Part shown: positions 21,498-31,212 of the stretch, piece after piece | Layout of the letters: the number at the start of each line of letters is the position of its first letter | How positions within the stretch are numbered: the stretch's first letter is position 1 | Source of the DNA: Squalus acanthias | Lineage: Eukaryota | Assembly (NCBI GenBank): GCA_030390025.1 | Contig: CM059425.1 | Span: 165,604,001 to 165,668,000 of the forward strand | DNA length: 64,000 nucleotides | Direction: 5' to 3' | Program-made: the position numbers and the translations under genes | The notes under the pieces: generated by a model | Told to the model about the DNA's origin: nothing | The model's database searches: none | What the model saw: only the letters and a program-made list of their open reading frames with translations

Positions 21498-23849
21498 ATG
21501 GAACGACTTCTAGTTTTGCTCGTGGCAATCGGATGTGGGTTGGCCTATCGAGGCCACACCAAGGATGTCGTGGTGTTTGGATGTTCCGGGGACACGGCCC
21601 CCATCGCGGTGGATGGGACCGGAAGACGGAAGGCAGAAGGGACCAGCACCTATTTCCACAAGGGAAGGTGGCCAGGATGGCTGGGAACGAACTCAACGGA
21701 GTATTCCAGCACATCGGGGTTCGCCTACAAAGAGACTTCTTTAATGTGCCCCAAAGTACGGATCATCGCACCCAGGATCAGCGTCACCGTCGGCAAACGG
21801 ATTTGTTTGACCTGTAGTGGGGATGTCCCATTGAGCCGATGGTGGTGGCTGCGAAAGCTGAGCAAAACTATGAGGAACTCTTCGGTTGAGTGGGAGCGAC
21901 TGGGTAATAATACCCATCGGACAATTACGGGGACAGATGGACAAGTGAAAGTCTGTTGGGACAAATGGTGGGAACCGGATGAGGGGATTTATGTTTGTAT
22001 GTGGGGGTCAAAGTACGTTTGCCCCAAAGGCATCTCCATATTTTTTATTAATCAGTGGCAGGATAACGGACAGGGGATGAGGTGGGATGCGAGCACCAGG
22101 GGGTGCGGAGCCCCATTCTCCCCGATCCCAGTAAATGCCACTGAGCTCATTACGCGCCCACGCAAAGCCCCGCCCACGATTCCGGTGGTTCTAACTGAGG
22201 AAGAAGGGTGCCCTAAAACTAGTAAGGGACCCGGGAACGGTTTGGTACTGGTCCCCACAGACCAGATACTATTTCAGGGGGTACATTACGCGGTGGCCTC
22301 GGTGATTTTAAATCTCACTGAGGTACGGTTACCAGAGTGGTGCCCCAAAAAGACGGAACAGTTGTACCAGGTCCTGTTGACCAAGATGTTCAGGCAATTT
22401 TACGAGTTTGATTTTGCAGAAATTGATAAGACAAGTTTATACACCGCACCGCAGGAAGTTTTGGATCAAGTAGGGAGGCAAAGAAGGGGTTTGGTGAACG
22501 ATGCGTTCACTGCTTTTAATACAGGGACATCTGTGGTCAACGCTCTAGACAGTGTGGAGCTGCAGACCCAGATTAATGGTTTAAAAACACAGTTAAAAGA
22601 CATTCTAACAGATGAGAATAAAGTGGTAGGGTCAGGTCTGCACGAGGACCAAGCCATGACTCTCCATTTAAAGGAAATTATAGCAGAGCTGGAGAAACAT
22701 GCGCGTACGGTAAATGCCCTGATCAGGGAAGATCGGAATGCATCCGATCAAGCTGCGCAGAACGAGGTGTGCGTGCTTTACGGGGCGTGGTTACTGGGCG
22801 AGGGCCGCAGTAATTTGGAGGATTTAAAACAAGGTTTGGTTCCGTCCTGGATAAGTAACAAACACCTGCGGGCGCTCCACCCTTTTCAGAACGCATTAAG
22901 TCCGTGCCAGCTCAGGCTAGCTTCAGAAGCTTACCCAGTCCCCGTGGACTGCGGACGTTCAAACCATACTATTATGGGAATAGTATTACGCATGCCGGTT
23001 TTGGGCAACACAGCAAAGCCCGCCCCGGTGTATCGGGTAGAGAACATTGGTGTCATTCAGGGGGGAGCCCACATTCGTTATGCAGCGGTTCCACCTTACG
23101 TCATCCGCTGGGAGCAAACGATGACAGGTACAGATCTCTCTGGTTGTCGTGGCAGGGGAGCACACATAATACTGTGCCCCCAGCACTTGAATGCCTTTTT
23201 AACACCACAGTGCGGGTTCAGAACGGCTGGCGCCAAGTCCATGAATTGCACCATGGAAGCAATGGCACAAGATCATGTGCCTCCGCAGGTAGCATACATC
23301 GGGGGTGGAACATATTGTGTTACCACTGCAGCGCAACACTACCAGCATGGAAACCGTAGCCGGTGTCCGGTGAGTGACAGCAGTTTCTGTTTTAAACCCA
23401 GGGCTGAAGTTCAAGTAGCACAACAGCGAATTATCCCAATCCCTGAACCATCCACTGTTCATCTCACAGTAAAAGAGAATTTCACCGACTTGCAGCGATT
23501 TGTCGCGCATTTTGGATACCTCATTCCCCCTCTCCCTGAGCATTTAACCAAACTTCTGAAAGCCGTCGCGGTGTCACAAAAGCATTTTTATACATTAGAA
23601 CAGAAAACCGTCGAGATTGGAACAGACATTTTGGACATAGTGGTTCCACCGTGGTGGAATCTGTTCACGAATATTGAAGTGCCCTCATGGGTCAGAATAG
23701 CCTCCCACATTTTAGTCGTCTGTCAAGTGTTTATTGTAGTATACCTATTGTTCATACATTGTAAAAGAGACAAGCGCCTCACCAAGCATGAGAACACGGG
23801 AGAGTGGCGAGAACGTTACGTGCGCGTGCACGATGAGAGCGCAGTGTAA
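21498..23849 (+). CDS. env: Envelope glycoprotein, 783 aa (signal peptide, Ig-like domain, F-type class I fusion protein, TM)
   Basis: Hydrophobic N-terminus; LTC...W...DEGIYVC; furin site RQRR (22476-22487) followed by fusion peptide and heptad; Cys-rich region; TM at ~23697-23762. Confidence 0.88.
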   Translation: MERLLVLLVAIGCGLAYRGHTKDVVVFGCSGDTAPIAVDGTGRRKAEGTSTYFHKGRWPGWLGTNSTEYSSTSGFAYKETSLMCPKVRIIAPRISVTVGKRICLTCSGDVPLSRWWWLRKLSKTMRNSSVEWERLGNNTHRTITGTDGQVKVCWDKWWEPDEGIYVCMWGSKYVCPKGISIFFINQWQDNGQGMRWDASTRGCGAPFSPIPVNATELITRPRKAPPTIPVVLTEEEGCPKTSKGPGNGLVLVPTDQILFQGVHYAVASVILNLTEVRLPEWCPKKTEQLYQVLLTKMFRQFYEFDFAEIDKTSLYTAPQEVLDQVGRQRRGLVNDAFTAFNTGTSVVNALDSVELQTQINGLKTQLKDILTDENKVVGSGLHEDQAMTLHLKEIIAELEKHARTVNALIREDRNASDQAAQNEVCVLYGAWLLGEGRSNLEDLKQGLVPSWISNKHLRALHPFQNALSPCQLRLASEAYPVPVDCGRSNHTIMGIVLRMPVLGNTAKPAPVYRVENIGVIQGGAHIRYAAVPPYVIRWEQTMTGTDLSGCRGRGAHIILCPQHLNAFLTPQCGFRTAGAKSMNCTMEAMAQDHVPPQVAYIGGGTYCVTTAAQHYQHGNRSRCPVSDSSFCFKPRAEVQVAQQRIIPIPEPSTVHLTVKENFTDLQRFVAHFGYLIPPLPEHLTKLLKAVAVSQKHFYTLEQKTVEIGTDILDIVVPPWWNLFTNIEVPSWVRIASHILVVCQVFIVVYLLFIHCKRDKRLTKHENTGEWRERYVRVHDESAV

Positions 23850-24258
23850 TAGGAAAATGGCGTCACTCCCGCTCGCCACGTGCGCCGCGGAAGTTTGTAC
23901 TCATTGTAAATACGTTGGAAACTCGACATGTTTAAGAGTTGGGATTTGTTTATTTTGGTGATGGTGTTGATCGTTTGGTTTTGGGTTTTGTTTTTTCCTT
24001 CCCCTGAATAAAAGACAAATATACAGGTGATGCGGGAGGTATCGGCCTGGTTACGCCGGGAAGGAAAACAAGTGGTGTAAGTTTAAGGGCAAATGATGCC
24101 TACGGTGATAAAATGTGATCTTCTTGGGAAATAAGGACGACACAGAGACCCTAGTTAAGTTAAAATTTACGGGATTAATTTACTGGATTCGGAGTGAAAT
24201 CGAGATAAGATTGCTCACCACTGAGATTTTTGATACGATAAGCGGAGTTATTCGCATC

Positions 24259-24270
24259 AACAGGAGGGAC
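24259..24270 (+). promoter_or_regulatory. Polypurine tract
   Basis: AACAGGAGGGAC directly before the 3' LTR. Confidence 0.7.
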
Positions 24271-25933
24271 TGTAGAATTCGCAATTATCGCGATTTGATT
24301 AATAAGGAGAAAACACAAAGTTTCGTTCAAACAGCTTTTTATTTCAGCAGAATGCTGTCAGGTTTAAATTGGACACAAGCAGCCTGTAAAATGGCCGCCG
24401 CACCTCGTGACAGAACATTCTAGACTTTTCAGCAGGCAGACAAGATGGCGTTCCATTAAACATTTTTGCAAGATCGATAACGATTCAGCACAGGGAAGAT
24501 AATACACGAGACATTATGGGTTTACAGTATAAACATCGATACTGGAATCGGTCTCCCAGGTACAAAGGAAAGCCATCAAGGGCCCATCCAAAGGACATTA
24601 ATATGTAAACTCCCAACGGCTCTACGATGAGAGAGCCGTTAGCAGGTAGTTATACAGGACACTTGGAAGCCCCAAACCCCTCCAGGGGGAACACCGACCG
24701 ATTTAACAATGGGAGAAGTATTAGCAGGTACTCAAACATTCATGAGTAGCCCCGAAACCCATTAAGGACGGAGATCACCCACACAAGACATTTGGGCGCC
24801 AAACCCTAAACAAAAGAATGGACATTATAGTTGGGCGGGAAACGGAAGATTTTTGCACTATAATTGCAGGCCCCAAACCGTCCATTCGCTCTCTTGCCTC
24901 GTGTTCTTGACTCTTGCTGCTTGCCTCTTGTTCGTGCTCCTGCGTTCGTTCGATTGCTCCTGTGTTTTATCCGGTCGATTCGTAACCTCATGGCTGCTCC
25001 TGTGTAAAAGACTGTTGAACTTTCTGATCCGTTCGGATCTACCTCGTGTCGCGTAAAGAAGACCTATGTTGGTAACTGGCAGCGGAACCAAAGGCCCGAG
25101 ATGAGATGAGATGAGATGAGAGGAGAAGAGAAGAAGACCTTATCCATCGCCACGGTCAGTAAATCCCGACCGCGCCTGTAGGTCGATCAGCCAAGTCTTC
25201 TCGACAGGAAGTTTTCTTCTTTAACAAGACATATTGCATCAATGATAACTGGACTGTGTAAACACATCGTATCGGTGATATTGACAACGGTGTTCCACGA
25301 TTATACTTTGAAGCCAACCAACAGAGGTCTTCACTACAGCGGACGGTCCAGCCGACTGACCGAGCAGCAGAAGCAGTAAACAAGTGGGACCAGGAGATCT
25401 CCTGACCAACACGTGGGTGCTGCGGTGAAAAACATCCGATCAGCTATTCGGGATTTCTCCGAGTTATTACGAGTGGTGAGCATGAGTCTCGAGATCCTAC
25501 GAAGCTAGTTTAGGATAGGTATTGATAGGGGAGGGTGTAAAGATTAAGGATATTTGTAATGTGTGCCCTATTCACGTTGTGCCGTTCGTTCCTCGTTTCC
25601 CTAAGAGTGATTATAACCGTTTGTAAGATTGTACTGTCATTAATCTGTGCGTATGACATGTATTTCATAATTTTAAGTATCATGCAATAAAGATTTTCCA
25701 TTTCGTACCATTCAAACCAAGTCTACATGAGTTTTATCTCCATTACTGCTCTCGCATCTAAGTCCAGTGTCTAGAACCGTAAGGGAGAGTGATTCGAACC
25801 ACTCACAGGGGTGTCTAGTGTTCCCAGACTGGCTGGAGACCAGGCCTAGACCCGCACTGACATACAGGCTGCACAGAGCCACGTGAATCTCACAGGCTAC
25901 GAGACACGCAGGGTCAGGAGAGAATCCCTTACA
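24271..25933 (+). repeat. 3' LTR (1663 bp)
   Basis: Copy of the 5' LTR with one fewer GAGAT unit and two G>A differences seen. Confidence 0.97.
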
Positions 25934-26467
25934 CCTGTCAAGCCCCCTCAGCATCTTATATGTTTCAATAAGATCACCTCTCATTCTTCTAAACTCCAAT
26001 GAGTGTAGGCCCAACCTGCTCAACCTTTCTTCATAAGACAACCCCTTCATCTCAGAATCAACCTAGTGAACCTTTTCTGAACTGCCTCCAATGCAAGTAT
26101 ATCGCTCCTTAAATAAGGAGACCAAAACTATACGTAGTACTCCAGGTGTGGTCTCACCAATACCCTGTACAGTTGTAGCAAGACTTCCCTGCTTTTATAT
26201 TCCATCCCCTTTGCAATTAAAGCCAACATTCCATTTGCCTTCCTAATTACGTGCTGTACCTGCATGCTAACTTTTTGTGTTTCATGTACAATGACCACCA
26301 GATCCCTCTGTACTGCAGCATTTTGTAATCTCTCCTCATTTAAATAATAATTTCCTTTTTTATTTTTCCTGCCAAAGTGGATAGCCTCACATTTTCCCAC
26401 ATTATACTCCATCTGCCAAATTTTTGCCCACTCACTTAACCTATCTATATCCCTTTGCAGATTCTTT

Positions 26468-27314
26468 GGGCTGGATTTTGTCAATGGGGAGCTTTTGGAG
26501 GTGGGACTCCCACTTGTCGGGTTTTAGTCCCGCCTCCATCGACTTGTGGCCAACCCACGCTATTTTACCTTGATTGACCTTGTTAAGCCCACCCAGCGGG
26601 CTTAGCAGGCCAATTAAGGGAAAGCAGGTTCCAGAGAACGTCAACGTATGACGTTTCATCTGTCAAAAAATTTTGACAGCTGAATTGTCATCGTTTGACA
26701 GCTCTGTGAAGCTGTCAATCACTGACAATCTGTCTTTTAAGTTGAGTCTTTACTCAAGACGCAATTAGAAAGCCTTCCTGAGCAGAAAGCAAAAGGCTGC
26801 AGCTTTTGACACTTCAGCGGCCATTCTGCTTTCTGTGTCGGTGAGCTGAGGGACTCCTGAGACCTGAAGGGAAGAAGCCAGCAGGAAGAAGTAAAGGTAA
26901 GTAAAACTTATTAAAACACTTTGCACAAACCTCACACACTTACCTCTGCACACATGCACCCATCACTCACCTGCACAATGGACATCTTGGCCCCTCCGAC
27001 CCCTGCAGACTGACGGCCCGCCTCGCTGACCCTGGCGAGGTTTGGAGCCATCGGAAGTCCACACTTCAGGGCTCAAAATGGGGATTAGCCAAAAAACTGC
27101 CTGTTAACTACCTGTTAACAGGCAGTTAATTGGCATTAATCCCCTTCTCGTCTCGAGGAGACGGGACCCGGCGCTGGTCGGGTACCCGCCTCCTGGGAAG
27201 ATGGCATGGAGGTGGGATGAGGGCGGGATGGGTACCCGCCCCCAGATTCTGCCATTTTCCCGGCAGTCCCACCTCCAAACCCACCTCCCCAGGGCTGGCA
27301 AAATCGCCCCCACA
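26468..27314. mobile_element. ~845-bp non-autonomous DNA element (MITE-like) inserted in CR1
   Basis: Termini GGGCTGGATTTTG / CAAAATCGCCC; CR1 RT resumes on both sides; homologous to 62646-63483. Confidence 0.7.
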
Positions 27315-30300
27315 GTATCCTCTTCACAACTTGCTTTCCCACCTATCTTTGTATCATCAGCAAATTTGCCTACATTACACTCGGTCCCGTCATCCAAGTC
27401 ATCAATATAGATTGTAAATAGTTGAGGCCCCAGCACTGATCCCTGCGGCACCCCACTAGTTACAGTTTGCTAACCTAAAAATGACCCATTTATCCCGACT
27501 CTCTGTTTTCTGTGAGTTAGTCAATTATCTATCCATGCTAATATATTACCCCCAACCCCGTGAACTCTTATCTTGTGCTGTAACATTTCATGTGGCAGCT
27601 TATCGAATGCCTTCTGGAAATCCAAATACACTACATCTACTGGTTCCCCTTTATCCACCCTGCTCATTACATCCTCAAAGAACTCCAGCAAATTTGTCAA
27701 ACATTTCATAAAACCATGCTGACTCTGTTTGACTGTATTATGATTTCTAAATGTCCTGCTACCACTTCCTTAATGAAGGACTCCAGCATTTTCCCAATGA
27801 CAGATGTTAGGCTGACTGGTCTATAGTTTCCTTCTTTCTGTCTCCCTCCTTTCTTAAATAGGGGTGTTACATTTGCGGTTTTCCAATCCGCTGGGACCTC
27901 TCCAGAATCCAGAGAATTTCGGTAGATTGCAACCAATGCATCCACTATCTCTGCAGCCACCTCTTTTAAGATCCTAGGATGTAGGCTATCAGGTCCAGGT
28001 GACTTGTCCACCTTTAGTCCCATTATTTTACCGAGTACTTTTTCTCTAATGATAGTGATTGTTTTAAGTTCCCCCCTCCCTTGATTATCTATTATTGGAT
28101 GCTTTTAGTGTCCTCTACCGTGAAGACTGATACAAAATATTTATTCAAAGTCTCTGCCATTTCCCTGTTTCCCATTATTAATTCCCCAGTCTCATCCTCT
28201 AAGGGACCAACATTTACTTTAGCTACTCTCTTCCTTTTTATATTCCTGTAGAAGCTCTTACTGTCTGTTTTTATATTTCTTGTTATTTTACTCTCATAAT
28301 CTATCTTCTCTCTTATTATTTTTTTAGTCATCCTTTGCTGGTTTTAAAAAATTTCCCAAATGTCTAGCCTACCACTAATCTTCGCAACATTGTATGCCTT
28401 TGTTTTCAATTTGATACCATCCTTTATTTCCTTAGCCATGGATGGTTCATCCTTCTCTTAGAGTCTTTCCTTCTCACTGGAATATATCTTTGCTGAGAGT
28501 TATGAAATATCTCCTTAAATGTCAGCCACTGCTTATCTACCATCTTACCCTTTAATCTATTTTTCCAGTCAACTTTAGCCAACTCTGCCTTCATACTTTT
28601 GTAATTGCCTTTATTTAAGTTCAGGACACTGGTTTGAGACCCAACTTTCTCACCCTCAAACTGAATTTGAAATTCTATCATGCTATGATCACTCTTTCCT
28701 AGAGGATCCTTTACTATGAGATCATTAATTAATCCTGTCTCATTACACAGTACCAGATCTAAGGTAGCCTGCTCCCTGGTTGGTTCCAGAATGTATTGTT
28801 CTAAGAAACCACCCCAAATACACTGTATGAACTCTTCCTCAAGGCTACCTTGGCCAATTTGATTTGTCCAATCAATATGAAGATTAAAATCGCCCATGAT
28901 TATTGCAGTACCTTTCTTACAAGCCTCCATTATTTCTTGATTTATGCTCTGTCCTACAGTGTAGCCACTGTTTGGGGGCCTTTAGACTACTCCCACCATT
29001 GACTTCTTTCCCTTATTATTTCTTATCTCCACCCAAACTGATACTACATCTTGATCTTCTGAGCCAATATCATTTCTCACTACTGCACTGATCTCATCCT
29101 TTATTAACAGCGCTACCCCACCTCCTTTTCCTTTCTGCCTATCCTTCCGAAATGTCAAATACCCCTGAATATTCAGTTCCCAGCTTTGGTCACCTTGCAA
29201 CCACATCTCTGTAATGGCTATCAGATTATACCCATTTACTTCTATTTGCGCCGACAACTCATCTATCTTGTTACGAATGCTGCGTGCATTCAGATAAAGA
29301 GCCTTTAATTTTGCCTTTTTACCATTTTTCCCTACTCTGACCCCACTTTCTGATGCACTCTTATGTTTATATGCTCTGTCCCTTCCTGTCACACTCTGGT
29401 TATCATTACCCCCATCGCTACCCTTCTCCTTTCTCTTTGACTTTTTAAATTTCCGCTCACCTGAACCCTCCCCCCCACTATTTCATTTAAAGCCCTCTCT
29501 ACAGCCCTAGTTATTCGATTCGCCAGGACACTAGTCCCAGCAGGGTTCAAGTGAAGCCCGTCCCAACGGAACAGCTCCCTCTTTCCCCAGTACTGGTGCC
29601 AGTGCCCCATGAATCAAAACCCATTTCTCCCATGTCAATCTTTGAGCCACGCATTCATCTCTCTGATCTTATTTACCCTATGCAAATTTGCTCCTGGCTC
29701 AGGTAGTAATCTAGAGATTATTACCTTTGTGGTTCTGCTTTTTAATTTAGCCCCTAGCTGCTCATACTCCCTCAGCAGAACCTCTTTCTTTGTCCCACCT
29801 ATGTCATTGGTACCTACATGGACCATGAGAACTGGATCATTCCCCTCCCACTCCAAGTTCCTCTCCAGCCTGGATGAGATGTCCTTTACCCTGGCACCGG
29901 GCAGGCAACACAGCCTTCGGGACTCACACTCTCGGCTGCAGAGAACAGTATCTATCCCCCTAACTATACTGTCCCCAATCACTACAACATTTCTTTTTAC
30001 TCCCCCCACTTGAATGGCCCTCTGTACCACGGTGCTGTGGTCAGTTCACTCATCCTCCCTGCAGTCCCTGCTCTCGCCCACACAGGGAGTAAGAACCTTG
30101 TACCTATTGGACAATTGCAAGGGCTGAGGCTCCTCCAATGCTACCTTCTGGATCCCCATACCTGTCTCACTCATTGTCACACCCTCCTGTCCCTGACAAT
30201 GGACCAAATTTTAGGTATTTAACCTAAGGGGTGTGACTGCCTCCTGGAACACAGTGTCCAGGTAACTCTCCCCCACCCTGATATATCGCAGTGTCTGAAG

Positions 30301-30659
30301 CTCGGACTCTAGCTCATCAACTCTGAGCCGAAGTTCCTCGAACAGCCAACACTTACTACAGATGTGGTCGCCGTGGATCACACTGGTGTCCACCAGCTCC
30401 CACATGCAACAGCTGCAACACATCGCCTGTCCTGCCATTTAATGTATTTTATTTAATTTGGTTTTCAAGTTTTGAAATTTCAATTATCTATGTACAGCTG
30501 TTAATCTGTAATCATGGCTCCCGCTTTAAACCAATGCCCAAGTTTAGAAAAAAAAGTGAAATAGAGGAATACTTACCAGCCAATCACTTACCTGCTTTCC
30601 TGTGACATCACACTTTGAATTTATTTTTTTTCCCCCTCACAGATCCGTTCGCTTCTCCC

Positions 30660-31212
30660 ACTCTCCCACTCTCACGCTGTTCTGAACTCCAGCTTCTCCA
30701 GCTCTCGCGCTGTTCTGAACTCCGGCTTCTCCCACTCTCGCGCTGTTCTGAACTCCGGCTTCTCCCACTCTCGCGCTGTTCTGAACTCCGGCTTCTCCCA
30801 CTCTCGTGCTGTTCTGAACTCCGGCTTCTCCCACTCTCGCGCTGTTCTGAACTCCGGCTTCTCCCACTCTCGCGCTGTTCTGAACTCCGGCTTCTCCCAC
30901 TCTCGCGCTGTTCTGAACTCCGGCTTCTCCCACTCTCGCGCTGTTCTGAACTCCGGCTTCTCCCGCTCTCGCGCTGTTCTGAACTCCGGCTTCTCCCGCT
31001 CTCGCGCTGTTCTGAACTCCGGCTTCTCCCACTCTCGCGCTGTTCTGAACTCCGGCTTCTCCCACTCTCGCGCTGTTCTGAACTCCGGCTTCTCCCACTC
31101 TCGCGCTGTTCTGAACTCCGGCTTCTCCCACTCTCGCGCTGTTCTGAACTCCGGCTTCTCCCACTCTCGCGCTGTTCTGAACTCCGGCTTCTCCCACTCT
31201 CGCGCTGTTTTG
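30660..31212. repeat. 33-bp minisatellite, ~16.5 copies, at the CR1 5' end
   Basis: Unit CTGTTCTGAACTCCGGCTTCTCCCACTCTCGCG. Confidence 0.95.

Larger units (their letters stand above)
16549..25933 (+). mobile_element. Intact pol-less, env-bearing LTR retroelement / endogenous retrovirus-like provirus (9385 bp)
   Basis: Paired TG...CA LTRs, CCTG TSD (16545-16548, 25934-25937), PBS, PPT, gag, ORF2 and env. Confidence 0.95.
16205..31212 (-). mobile_element. Full-length CR1 LINE (decayed), interrupted by the LTR element and a MITE
   Basis: 3' tail at 16205; ORF2 EN/RT pieces 25934-29392; ORF1 SGNH esterase (GDSIVR, HVGTND, DGLHL) 29389-30030; ORF1 Zn finger/coiled coil 30211-30438; AGCAA duplicated at 16200-16204 and 31213-31217. 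Confidence 0.85.
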
